A DNA stretch of 64,000 nucleotides from a virus (lineage: Duplodnaviria; Caudoviricetes): positions 32,001 through 96,000 of IMG/VR virus record IMGVR_UViG_3300032334_001433; one strand, written 5' to 3'. The translations under genes were made by a program, and so were the position numbers. Each line of letters starts with the position of its first letter. Positions within the stretch are counted from its first letter, which is position 1. A model generated the notes under the pieces. That model did no database searches, was not told the DNA's origin, and saw only the letters and a list, made by a program, of their open reading frames with translations. Positions 28,934 through 37,971 of the stretch are shown one piece after another.

Positions 28934-29277
28934 TGAGTATAACAACACGCAATTGGGGATATTATAATGTATTATATACCTACGGAAAAGAAGTTAAACT
29001 TAAAGAATTAACTATAGATCCCGGTAAATGTTTAAGTATGCAAAAACACAAAGATAGAGCAGAACATTGGTTTGTTGCTGAAGGTACTGCAACAGTCTAT
29101 ACTTTGGATGTTAGCACAGATGTTGAGCTATATGGAGTATTTGATAAATTTCAAAGCCTACATATACGCAAAGAAGAGTGGCACCAACTTTGCAACGAAA
29201 CTGATGCACCATTGAAAATTATTGAAATCCAGTATGGATATAATTGTATTGAAGATGATATTATAAGGAAAAATTAA
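28933..29277 (+). CDS. Cupin (mannose-6-phosphate isomerase C-terminal-like)
   Basis: WGYY, LSMQKHKDRAEHW, WHQL.N, IIEIQYG...EDDIIR. Confidence 0.85.
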   Translation: MSITTRNWGYYNVLYTYGKEVKLKELTIDPGKCLSMQKHKDRAEHWFVAEGTATVYTLDVSTDVELYGVFDKFQSLHIRKEEWHQLCNETDAPLKIIEIQYGYNCIEDDIIRKN

Positions 29278-29279
29278 TT

Positions 29280-29555
29280 ATGGCAGGTATTCCATCAAAC
29301 CCAAAAGATCGTAAAGAAATCTTTGATTGTATGAAAGAAATTTCAAATAGTATGACTCGCATGGAAGGCGAACGCGAATTCATCCGTGAAGCAATTAAAG
29401 AAATTTGTGATAAACAAGAACTTAGTAAAAAGACATTTCGTCGTATGGCTAAAGTATATCACAAACAAAATTTTAGCAAAGAAATTGAAGAACACGAAGA
29501 ATTTGAAACAATGTACGAAACTATTACAAATTCTACAACAATGGCAAGTGCATGA
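29280..29555 (+). CDS. dsbA: T4 DsbA-like double-stranded DNA binding protein
   Basis: EISNSMTRMEGERE...FRRMAKVYHKQNF. Confidence 0.8.
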   Translation: MAGIPSNPKDRKEIFDCMKEISNSMTRMEGEREFIREAIKEICDKQELSKKTFRRMAKVYHKQNFSKEIEEHEEFETMYETITNSTTMASA

Positions 29556-29941
29556 TTCGATATATACTAGAAGCAACCTGGCGTGACAAAATTGGTCGCA
29601 ATAAAAAGCAATCAATCGTTGGCGTATATGCCAGTGTTAAAGATATTGAAAAAGCCAAAGAAAAAGTAATTAACGCCCCGCATCGTTATAAGAGTGTTAC
29701 CTTTAACGTAAATGTGGAAGAACATCCATTTTTTGCCTAAATTTTAAGCAACCCTATGCTTGACACGAGTACTATTTTCTGTTATAATAGAGACATGAAA
29801 CAAGTAAAAAAACTTCCTGTTAGAAATTTTGTTGCGAAAGATCTTCGTACACCAAAATATCGTCTGAAAGTTGTTGAACTTAAAACTCGTTACAAACGTA
29901 AGGCAAAAACTCAAAATGACTACAATCTCCAATATCTTTGA
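29552..29941 (+). CDS. Two small hypothetical proteins (29552-29740; 29795-29941, basic, probably leaderless)
   Basis: Second ORF ATG 6 nt after TATAAT of promoter 29760-29788. Confidence 0.65.
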
Positions 29942-31238
29942 TTCGCTTGCAGCAGACAATTCTCGTCTGGCTAAAGAAGCAATTCTAACTTGGAACAAGG
30001 ATAATAAAGATCTTCAACGAGCAATTAAACTTGCGCTTGATCCTTTGATTAGTTTTTACATTCGCAAGATTCCATCCTATACTGCAAAAGGCAAAAAAAC
30101 TTTGTCTTGGGCAATGGATCAAATTGAGAATGAACTGGCTACTCGTAATGTTACTGGCCATGCCGGTATTGACCTATTGACTAATGTATTGGAATCATTA
30201 AATGAAGCAAACGCCAGCGTTATTGAAAAAATCATCAAGAAAGATCTTCGATGCGGAGTATCTGAGGCAACAGCAAATAAAATCTGGCCAAAGCTTGTCT
30301 CAACCTATCCGGTTATGTTGGCTTCTGGATTCGAGCAAAAACTTGTCGACAAAATTAAATTCCCTGCGTACTGTCAGTTAAAATTGGATGGTATGCGTTT
30401 TAACGCAATTGTGCGTAACGGCACAGTAGAATATAGGAGCCGAAATGGCCGAGAACTTTCTATTCCGAGTAAGTTGTTTAGTGACGCAATACTCAAACTT
30501 GCTAGTTATTATGGTTCCGATTATGTGTTTGATGGCGAACTACTTGTTGTAGATTCTGCAGGTAAACCGTTAGATCGTAAAACAGGCAACGGTATTCTTA
30601 GCAAAGCTGTTAAGGGTACTATGTCTGATAAAGAAGCGACAATGGTTCGTGTAACATTATGGGATGCAATTCCTTTTACTGCCTTTCAAATAGGCAAATA
30701 TACTACACCGTATAACGATCGCTTTATGGAATTGATACAAAATATTGATTTCCTTAAAGGTGCATCTGCAATAGGACATCTTGTAGATATTGTGTGGACT
30801 AAGGAAGTTAATAATCAGTATGATGCACAAAAGATTTTTGAGAAGTTTCTTGCTGAAGGTCAAGAAGGAACTATCCTAAAATCCAAGACAAATATCTGGG
30901 AAGACAAACGTTCTAAAGAACAGATCAAGTTTAAAGGCGAACTCGATTGCGATCTTAAAGTTGTTGATTGGGTTGAAGGTACAGGTAAAAATGTAGGTCG
31001 TCTCGGAGCACTTGTATGTGAATCCGAAGATGGCAAAATTCAAGTGAATGTTGGATCAGGATTTACTGATGATGAGCGAGATTCAATTGGTAAAGATGTT
31101 ATTGGTAAAATTGTGTCAGTAAAATATAATGCTCGTATTAAGGATCGTGGCGATAATGTTGAACGATTGTTCTTGCCAATTTTTATTGAGCTTCGTTTAG
31201 ATAAAACAAAAGCAGATATGGAAAATAAAATCAAATGA
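29916..31238 (+). CDS. 30: ATP-dependent DNA ligase (gp30)
   Basis: QLKLDGMR (KxDG), FDGEL, EGTILK, WEDKRS, VGSGFTD, LFLPIF. Confidence 0.97.
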   Translation: MTTISNIFDSLAADNSRLAKEAILTWNKDNKDLQRAIKLALDPLISFYIRKIPSYTAKGKKTLSWAMDQIENELATRNVTGHAGIDLLTNVLESLNEANASVIEKIIKKDLRCGVSEATANKIWPKLVSTYPVMLASGFEQKLVDKIKFPAYCQLKLDGMRFNAIVRNGTVEYRSRNGRELSIPSKLFSDAILKLASYYGSDYVFDGELLVVDSAGKPLDRKTGNGILSKAVKGTMSDKEATMVRVTLWDAIPFTAFQIGKYTTPYNDRFMELIQNIDFLKGASAIGHLVDIVWTKEVNNQYDAQKIFEKFLAEGQEGTILKSKTNIWEDKRSKEQIKFKGELDCDLKVVDWVEGTGKNVGRLGALVCESEDGKIQVNVGSGFTDDERDSIGKDVIGKIVSVKYNARIKDRGDNVERLFLPIFIELRLDKTKADMENKIK

Positions 31239-31405
31239 AAAAATGGTCTGTTAAAATAGAAGAAGATCCTGAAACAGGAGAAGCTATACTAAACTTTCCT
31301 TTTGATTTTTTAGAAGAAACAGGTTGGAAAGAAGGCGATACTCTTATATGGGAAGATCTTAAAGATGGCACTTGGGCTTTAAGTAAAAAAGGTGATAAAA
31401 ATTAA
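31235..31405 (+). CDS. AbrB/MazE-like small DNA-binding protein (not in ORF track)
   Basis: MKKWSVKIEEDPETGEAILNFP...GWKEGDTLIWE. Confidence 0.65.
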   Translation: MKKWSVKIEEDPETGEAILNFPFDFLEETGWKEGDTLIWEDLKDGTWALSKKGDKN

Positions 31406-31949
31406 TATCTTTTATCTACATAATGACACTATTGAATGTGCAAAACTACATACCGACAAGCATGTCGTAAAAATGATTCTTGAATATGCCCAGCTTCTTT
31501 CTACTGCCCATCGTTTTCTCGATGGTATTCTTTATGTGGGTCGTTCAGCATCTGGACGAAAGAAAACTTCATATATTCTTATGGATCAGCGTGATTCTGT
31601 TCTTTATGCTTCTACTCATATCAATCATCCTTCAGCTATTTGGGTAAGAAAGTCAAAAGAAAATTATATTTGGCTATCTAATATGTTAGTTGCACTATGT
31701 GGGGAATATACATATAGATATGGGAAGACACATAAAGTAGAACGAGACGGACTTTGCTTTGTTTTGCTGAAAAATATTCCAAAAAATATTGGTAATCAGG
31801 GCTGGTCAGAACCTACTCCTGCAATGCCTGATACATATAAAGTGGATGCAAATTCCATTAAATCATATATAAATTATTACGTAGGTGCAAAGCAACATCT
31901 TGCATCATGGAAAAAACGAGAAAAACCTGATTGGTACATTTATGCCTAG
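31392..31949 (+). CDS. Pyrimidine-dimer DNA glycosylase family (DenV-like)
   Basis: NIFYL...DKHVVKMILEYAQLLSTAH, HINHPSAIW, YRYGKTH. Confidence 0.8.
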   Translation: MIKINIFYLHNDTIECAKLHTDKHVVKMILEYAQLLSTAHRFLDGILYVGRSASGRKKTSYILMDQRDSVLYASTHINHPSAIWVRKSKENYIWLSNMLVALCGEYTYRYGKTHKVERDGLCFVLLKNIPKNIGNQGWSEPTPAMPDTYKVDANSIKSYINYYVGAKQHLASWKKREKPDWYIYA

Positions 31950-32196
31950 TTATACTTTAAAATGTTTAGATTGTGAAACTGTTTTTGATGTTTTATGTTC
32001 ATATGCATCTCGACCAGAACAACAATGTACTAATTGTCAGTCAACAAATCACGAATCTATTATTGGTGCTCCGGCACTAGGAGATGCTGTTCGTCTAGGT
32101 GTAACTAAACCAGATGGCGGCTTCAAAGAAGTCTTATCTAAAATTCATTCAAATAACTACAAAAGTAACTTAGGAGATAAGTTATCTAGGAGTTAG
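31942..32196 (+). CDS. FmdB-like Zn-ribbon protein
   Basis: MPSYTLKCLDC...CTNC. Confidence 0.8.
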   Translation: MPSYTLKCLDCETVFDVLCSYASRPEQQCTNCQSTNHESIIGAPALGDAVRLGVTKPDGGFKEVLSKIHSNNYKSNLGDKLSRS

Positions 32197-32254
32197 ACTT
32201 ATATTATGAGGGTGGGATAGAAATATCCTAAATATAAACTAACCGAGACTTTGC

Positions 32255-33025
32255 ATGGCGACTAAACGTTCAAACAATACGACAGCGGCGTATTCTGAAA
32301 ACTTATCAACAACTAAAGATCATAAACAAGGAACAAGAACAAATAATACTTTAAAATTGAGATTAGACGATCTCAAAACTTTTGCTCCGTTAACGGATAA
32401 TCAAAAGGATTTCTTTAATGCATATAAAAGAGGTGATTATTTTGTAGCATTGCACGGAGTTGCAGGTACAGGTAAAACATTTATTGCATTATATAAAGCA
32501 TTAGAAGAAGTACTAGATAAAAGTAATCCTTTTAATAAGATTATTATAGTACGTTCTGCAGTACAATCAAGAGAAATAGGCCATCTGCCTGGAGATGTTT
32601 CTGAAAAAATGGAAATCTACCAGCAACCATATCGTCAGATATGCGAAACATTTTTCGGCCGTAAAGACGCTTGGGATAGATTAGAAGAACAAGGTCACAT
32701 AGAATTCATTTCAACAAGTTTCATTAGAGGCATGAGTTTCGATGATGCAATCATCATTGTAGATGAAATGCAAAATATGAATTTTGAAGAGATTGATACT
32801 GTAATGACTCGCGTAGGATACCGATCTAAAATTATTTGGTGCGGTGATTATAGACAAACCGATTTAAGAAAAGCTGGCGATAAAACAGGAATTTTAAAGT
32901 TCTTCGATATTGCGGCAAAGATGCAAGCATTCACTCGTATAGAATTTACTGCAGATGACATTGTTCGTTCATCACTAGTAAAAGACTATATCTTAGCAAA
33001 ACTTGATTACGAGGACAATATATAA
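32255..33025 (+). CDS. phoH: PhoH-like protein
   Basis: GVAGTGKT, GHLPG, FIRGMSF, IIVDEMQN, GDYRQTDL. Confidence 0.95.
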   Translation: MATKRSNNTTAAYSENLSTTKDHKQGTRTNNTLKLRLDDLKTFAPLTDNQKDFFNAYKRGDYFVALHGVAGTGKTFIALYKALEEVLDKSNPFNKIIIVRSAVQSREIGHLPGDVSEKMEIYQQPYRQICETFFGRKDAWDRLEEQGHIEFISTSFIRGMSFDDAIIIVDEMQNMNFEEIDTVMTRVGYRSKIIWCGDYRQTDLRKAGDKTGILKFFDIAAKMQAFTRIEFTADDIVRSSLVKDYILAKLDYEDNI

Positions 33026-33070
33026 CGTATTAATTATGTCTCATGCGAATAACAATTATAAGGAGACAAA

Positions 33071-33709
33071 ATGGCTGACAGTTTTGATTTTAATTTTACA
33101 GAGGATCATCTAAGACATCTATTGCCAAAAGTTAAAAATATCTCAGAATGGTATACTGCAATTGTAGAAACACTTCCGCAGTATGATATTTACGACATAG
33201 GTAGAGTTGCGGCATTTATTGCCCAGTGTGCTCATGAATCGGGTGGGTTTACTCTTGTTCAAGAAAACTTGAACTATAGCGCAGATGGTTTGCAGAAAAT
33301 ATTTGGGAAGTATTTTCCAAATCACGAAATTGCTGCTCAATATGCAAGACAACCTGAAAAAATTGCTAATAGAGTGTATGCAAACAGAATGGGTAATGGA
33401 GATGAGGCAAGTGGCGATGGTTGGAAATATAGAGGACGTGGTCTAATTCAACTAACAGGAAAGTCTAATTATACAAAATGCTCAGAAGCATTCTTTGATG
33501 ATCATACTTTGTTAGACAATCCCGATATATTATTACAACCATACTATGCTTTAAATTCTGCATGCTGGTTCTGGAATGCAAATAATTTAAATGAATTAGC
33601 TGATACTCAAGATTTAAAAATGATGACTAAAAAAATTAATGGCGGTTTTATTGGTCTTGAAGATCGTATTGCCCATTACAATCATGCGGTGGACGTATTA
33701 CAAGGATAA
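33071..33709 (+). CDS. GH19 family endolysin
   Basis: FIAQCAHESGGF, ENLNYS, YRGRGLIQLTGKSNY, INGG. Confidence 0.93.
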   Translation: MADSFDFNFTEDHLRHLLPKVKNISEWYTAIVETLPQYDIYDIGRVAAFIAQCAHESGGFTLVQENLNYSADGLQKIFGKYFPNHEIAAQYARQPEKIANRVYANRMGNGDEASGDGWKYRGRGLIQLTGKSNYTKCSEAFFDDHTLLDNPDILLQPYYALNSACWFWNANNLNELADTQDLKMMTKKINGGFIGLEDRIAHYNHAVDVLQG

Positions 33710-34372
33710 TTGATGATATTTAATCATGTTAAGGTGAAAGAGTTTGAAAAATTAGAGCAAGTTACCTTACCAAATGGTACAAGGCATTACGTAACACCGA
33801 AGGGCAAAAAATATCCTTCGGTGACTACGGTTCTTGGTGCTCAAAGCAAACAAGGTATTCTCGAGTGGCGTAAAAAAGTCGGCGAAGAAGAAGCAAACCG
33901 GATTTCTCGTGCAGCTACAAGTCGAGGAACTAAATTGCATACGCACGTTGAAAATTATTTGAACAATGTAAATGCAATAGATTCAATGTCAATGTTTCAA
34001 AGAGAATTATTTGACAGTATTCTTAATGATTTACATAGAATTGATAATATTCATTTGCAGGAAGAAAGATTATACTCGGATCATTTGCGAATGGCGGGTA
34101 CAGTTGACTGTATTGGTGAGTTTGATGGCAAATTAGCAGTCATTGACTTCAAAACTGCAGGTCGACAAAAGGAAAAACAGTGGATTCATAGCTATTTTAT
34201 GCAATGCGCGGCATATGCAATCATGTATGAGGAAAGAACCGGCATTCCAATCAACAAATTGGTGGTATTGATAGCAGTAGAAGGGGATTCTCCTCAAGTT
34301 TTCATTGAAAAACGTGATAACTGGGTCGCAGAGCTGCTAAAATGTCGGGATTCTTACGAAAATGGACAATAA
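33710..34372 (+). CDS. PD-(D/E)XK exonuclease (Cas4-like phage exonuclease)
   Basis: YPSVTTVL, RGTKLH, GTVDC, IDFKT, YFMQCAAYA. Confidence 0.9.
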   Translation: MMIFNHVKVKEFEKLEQVTLPNGTRHYVTPKGKKYPSVTTVLGAQSKQGILEWRKKVGEEEANRISRAATSRGTKLHTHVENYLNNVNAIDSMSMFQRELFDSILNDLHRIDNIHLQEERLYSDHLRMAGTVDCIGEFDGKLAVIDFKTAGRQKEKQWIHSYFMQCAAYAIMYEERTGIPINKLVVLIAVEGDSPQVFIEKRDNWVAELLKCRDSYENGQ

Positions 34373-34376
34373 AAGC

Positions 34377-34414
34377 TTGACATTTTTCTAAATTTCTGTT
34401 ATAATATATAAAAT
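34377..34414 (+). promoter_or_regulatory. Overlapping sigma70 and T4-late promoters
   Basis: TTGACA-17-TATAAT (34377-34405) then TATAAATA (34407-34414). Confidence 0.8.
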
Positions 34415-34425
34415 AGGAGAAAAAA

Positions 34426-34722
34426 ATGAAAAAACTACTTTTTCTAGCAATTTTTGCATTCACAGTTTTGGCAAATGCTCAATGGCACCACAGACATTGG
34501 GAGCCAAGGACAGTTATTGTTGAACGCAGTGATTGGGTAGCACCACTAATTATCGGTGGTATTGCCGGCGCAGTAATTGCAAACCAAAATCAACCACAAC
34601 CTGTGGTTGTTCAACAGCAACCAGTAATTGTACAACAACCTCAAACCGTTTGTACTGACTGGAAAGAAATTCAAACACCTGATGGCAAAATTTATCGCGA
34701 AAGAAATTGCTATCAACGATAA
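34426..34722 (+). CDS. Small exported/membrane protein
   Basis: Signal peptide, second hydrophobic segment, Gln/Pro/Val-rich tail with 2 Cys. Confidence 0.75.
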   Translation: MKKLLFLAIFAFTVLANAQWHHRHWEPRTVIVERSDWVAPLIIGGIAGAVIANQNQPQPVVVQQQPVIVQQPQTVCTDWKEIQTPDGKIYRERNCYQR

Positions 34723-34819
34723 AATTATATACTTATGATCTCGGACACGGCTAGGCTGTGCAATTAGACAAGATCCCGCTTCTTAGTGGGTACGGGAGGG
34801 CAGATCTCCCTAAGTATAT

Positions 34820-35140
34820 TTTTATTGCTGTATGAAGCAAAGAGAAAAGTGTTCTGGACGCGGGTTCGACTCCCGCCAGGTCCACCATAAAGAGTATTGT
34901 TCGCACCAAATAATAGCGAAAAAAATAGTGGCGTAGTTCCGGACTATGGATCATTAGCAGTATTCTTTATAATGGGCCTGCCCTGGTTTCGACAGAGCAA
35001 AGAGTAACAGAGTGGACAGCACATCAGCAACGATGTAAAAAGAAGAAAAACCGTAAACGCAAACGACGAATTGTTCGCATTAGCAGCCTAAACACTGCTT
35101 AGGGTTTCGGTAGGTTTCCTCGTAACAGAATAACCTACCA
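34820..35140 (+). ncRNA. ssrA: Circularly permuted (two-piece) tmRNA, tag ANDELFALAA
   Basis: T-arm GCGGG-TTCGACT-CCCGC and CAGGTCC-ACCA end at 34887, before the 5' end GGGCCTG (34974); G3:U wobble; tag 35059-35091. Confidence 0.92.
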
Positions 35141-35165
35141 ATATGTTTAACAACAGGAGAAAATT

Positions 35166-35603
35166 TTGATTAAAAAACTTGTACTTGTAGCAGCACTCAT
35201 CGGTGCAGCAACTGTAGCACAATCTACAGAAGTTGGTATCAATGGTGGTACTAACATTAGCTCAAGCGAAAATGTTTGGGGCGTAACTATCGGTCGTAAG
35301 ATCGGTTTTGCGGATGTAACCGGTGGCTTTACTCGCAATATTTCATCAGACACATATAGTGTCGGTACTTACAAAACTCTTACAAAAATTGGTCCAGTAT
35401 CAGTTGCAGTAAAAGGAAGTGGTGCATTTGTTGATAACAAAGTTGATCCAGATGGATATGCAGTAATTGTCGGCGCAGGTGCTTCAGTGCCTTTGGCAAA
35501 TAAGCTATCCGCTACTGTAGACTATTCCTATCAAGCAGGCCAAGATGTTATCAAAGCACAAAATGGTAGCAGAATTACTGCAGGTGTAAAACTTAGTTTC
35601 TAA
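35166..35603 (+). CDS. Small outer-membrane beta-barrel protein
   Basis: TTG start with AGGAG, signal peptide, amphipathic strands, terminal Phe (GVKLSF). Confidence 0.75.
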   Translation: MIKKLVLVAALIGAATVAQSTEVGINGGTNISSSENVWGVTIGRKIGFADVTGGFTRNISSDTYSVGTYKTLTKIGPVSVAVKGSGAFVDNKVDPDGYAVIVGAGASVPLANKLSATVDYSYQAGQDVIKAQNGSRITAGVKLSF

Positions 35604-35671
35604 GTTATAGAGGTTTGGTAGGTTGACCAGCATAGCAAATAACCTACCAATATTAATTACATATACGAATA

Positions 35672-36202
35672 ATGAAAACTTATACAAAACCATTTCTATT
35701 ATTTCTATCCACACTATTATTGATAACAGTATTTGTTCAAGTAACAACAGAAAAATTAAATAATTTAAGAGAATCAAAGTTTAAGGATAGTGATATAACC
35801 GTCGCCGTAAGGGAACAACAATTAGATTGCCTGGCACATAATATTTACTATGAAGCAGCAACAGAACCATTTGAGGGCAAAGTTGCAGTTGCTCAAGTAA
35901 CACTTAATAGAGCAGCATCTAGCAAATTTCCAAATGATATTTGCAAGGTAGTATATCAACGCAATATTATTTACGATAAAGTAATTTGTCAATTTAGTTG
36001 GTACTGCGAGACTTCTGCAAAAGCAAAACCAATTTATGCCGCAGCATATAAAGAATCATACGAAGTCGCAAAGAAAGTTCTTTTAGAAGGATTTAGATTA
36101 AAGAGTCTAAATGATGCCATGTATTATCATGCCTCATACGTGTCTCCTAATTGGAATAAACAACAAATTGCAAAAATTGGCAACCATATCTTTTACAAAT
36201 AA
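35672..36202 (+). CDS. SleB-like cell wall hydrolase with N-terminal anchor
   Basis: CLAHNIYYEA..EPFEGKVAVAQV, CQFSW, YYHASYVSPNW, IGNHIFY. Confidence 0.92.
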   Translation: MKTYTKPFLLFLSTLLLITVFVQVTTEKLNNLRESKFKDSDITVAVREQQLDCLAHNIYYEAATEPFEGKVAVAQVTLNRAASSKFPNDICKVVYQRNIIYDKVICQFSWYCETSAKAKPIYAAAYKESYEVAKKVLLEGFRLKSLNDAMYYHASYVSPNWNKQQIAKIGNHIFYK

Positions 36203-36205
36203 ATT

Positions 36206-36514
36206 ATGATTAAATTACCTACACTACAAAATGTTATTGAATACTGCAAGACTACACTAACAGTTGCAACTGCAGAAACTATTGCTTGGATTGGTATTGT
36301 ACTAATTCATGCAGCAACAGTACCGACAATGATTTCATTAATGTCTGGTCTATCAGATAAGATGCCCCCTGTAGATTTTGTCCTATTTGTTTGGGCTGGA
36401 TTGTCTCTTCTATTTGCCCGAGCAGTAATTCTCAAAGATATGTTGACTATTGTTACTATCGGAGCAGGATTTATTGTACATTCTTGTTTTCTTGCCCTAA
36501 TACTATTTAAATAA
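36206..36514 (+). CDS. Three-TM membrane protein (possible holin)
   Basis: Three hydrophobic segments; adjacent to hydrolase. Confidence 0.5.
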   Translation: MIKLPTLQNVIEYCKTTLTVATAETIAWIGIVLIHAATVPTMISLMSGLSDKMPPVDFVLFVWAGLSLLFARAVILKDMLTIVTIGAGFIVHSCFLALILFK

Positions 36515-36515
36515 A

Positions 36516-37040
36516 ATGAGTCTAAAAGATCTAACCCATGCAAAACATAAAGAAGCAGAAACGCAACCGTTTATTAAAGCTATCTTTAAAAAATCAGTAA
36601 CAAGAGAAGAATACGCAGATTACTTATTTCAACTTGGTTTTATATACCATGTATTGGAAGAAGATGTCGGAAACAAATTTGGCTTATTTAACGATATGCC
36701 GGAATTGAAACGATCATCGTATATTAGAGATGACATTAATGAGCTTACCACTCCTACAACTTTATATTCGCCTAAAAAATCTACAGTAGATTATGTAAAT
36801 TATTTACTTGGTATAGACAATGCACAAGATGCAATGGCCCATGTATATGTTCGTCATATGGGAGATTTATTTGGTGGCCAGGCTCTTGCAAAACTTGTGC
36901 CTGGTTCTGGAAAAATGTACAAGTTTGAGAATAAAGAAGAATTAATTAGTAAAGTTAGATCTAAACTAGTTATTGAAATGGCAGACGAAGCAAACATTGC
37001 ATTTGACCACAATATTAATATGGTTAAGGAATATAATTAA
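36516..37040 (+). CDS. ho1: Heme oxygenase
   Basis: LKDLT..KHKEAE proximal His, YVRHMGDLFGGQ distal helix. Confidence 0.92.
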   Translation: MSLKDLTHAKHKEAETQPFIKAIFKKSVTREEYADYLFQLGFIYHVLEEDVGNKFGLFNDMPELKRSSYIRDDINELTTPTTLYSPKKSTVDYVNYLLGIDNAQDAMAHVYVRHMGDLFGGQALAKLVPGSGKMYKFENKEELISKVRSKLVIEMADEANIAFDHNINMVKEYN

Positions 37041-37714
37041 TGTCTATGGTGTGGGATAAGATGATTCCATTATCGGAATCAATTATTGATAGATTCAAAG
37101 AGTGTGATATTTTACCAATAGATAGTAAATATGAACATTCCGATATTGATTTCACTTGGAAAAATTATCTATTCAAATCTAATAAATTTCGTCGAGCACA
37201 TATCGAAATTGTAGATGCCAGAGAATCTAAAAAGATGTGGGTTATGCACATGACAATATTTCCACATCTAAATGATCCTGCACCAATATTTGGTTTTGAT
37301 GTAGTTTGTGGCGCAAATAAGATTACTGGTGCATTCCATGATTTTTCTAAATCTGGCGACAGTGAAATTTATAATTGGTATCAAGATAAAATGTCTTCTA
37401 TAAATTGGAGCAAACCAAGAGAATTGCCAGATTGGGCAAAACGTATTTTTAGTCCAATGATGCTTGCGGCAGGAAATGTTAGTACAGAAGAAGAATTGGA
37501 CAAATTAATTGCTGTTGCTATAGACAATCTAGACTATTACCTTTATAATGTAGGAAATGAAAGCGAAGATAATAGTTATGTTGAGGCATATAACAACTAT
37601 TGTAGCAATCAAAAGTTAAATCATCACACACTAGCAATGATGGTTAATTTAGGTGTAGACGAGACCAATTTTAAAAACTTTATGGATGAAATTTTATTTC
37701 CAGAAATTAAATGA
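37040..37714 (+). CDS. Ferredoxin-dependent bilin reductase (PcyA/PcyX-like)
   Basis: FRRAHIE, VMHMTIFP...PIFGFD, AFHDFS, RELPDWAKRIFS, YCSNQKLN; follows heme oxygenase. Confidence 0.88.
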   Translation: MSMVWDKMIPLSESIIDRFKECDILPIDSKYEHSDIDFTWKNYLFKSNKFRRAHIEIVDARESKKMWVMHMTIFPHLNDPAPIFGFDVVCGANKITGAFHDFSKSGDSEIYNWYQDKMSSINWSKPRELPDWAKRIFSPMMLAAGNVSTEEELDKLIAVAIDNLDYYLYNVGNESEDNSYVEAYNNYCSNQKLNHHTLAMMVNLGVDETNFKNFMDEILFPEIK

Positions 37715-37971
37715 ACGAACAAGAAATTTTAACCGATAGTTTAATTATTACAAAAAGATTTAGATCTCCAAACGAGTTTTCTTTGTATATCGAAGAACTT
37801 GTTGCAAAGGAACATATTAGTTATATGGATGCAGTAATTCAGTATTGTAATGAAATTGATATTGATGTTGAATCTGTAGCCAACCTAATTAATAAGTCTT
37901 TAAAAGATAAAATTCAGTATGAAGCCGAAGAACAAAACTATATGAAACCAAGGGGCAAACTGCCACTATGA
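37711..37971 (+). CDS. 33: Late transcription co-activator gp33
   Basis: SYMDAVIQYC...I.KSLKDKIQYEAEEQNY. Confidence 0.88.
   Translation: MNEQEILTDSLIITKRFRSPNEFSLYIEELVAKEHISYMDAVIQYCNEIDIDVESVANLINKSLKDKIQYEAEEQNYMKPRGKLPL

Noticed and set aside
29871-29915. Longer ligase start given in the ORF track
   Set aside because: It overlaps the upstream basic ORF; ATG 29916 (MTTISNIF) fits better.
33710-34372. Cas4 as part of a CRISPR system
   Set aside because: It is the stand-alone PD-(D/E)XK exonuclease common in T4-like phages; no array or other cas genes are nearby.
34856-34887. tRNA gene (GGTTCGACTCC...CCA)
   Set aside because: No D-arm or anticodon arm upstream; the stem pairs with GGGCCTG at 34974, so it is the tmRNA acceptor piece. 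I saw no other tRNA in the window, but a tRNAscan run is needed to confirm.
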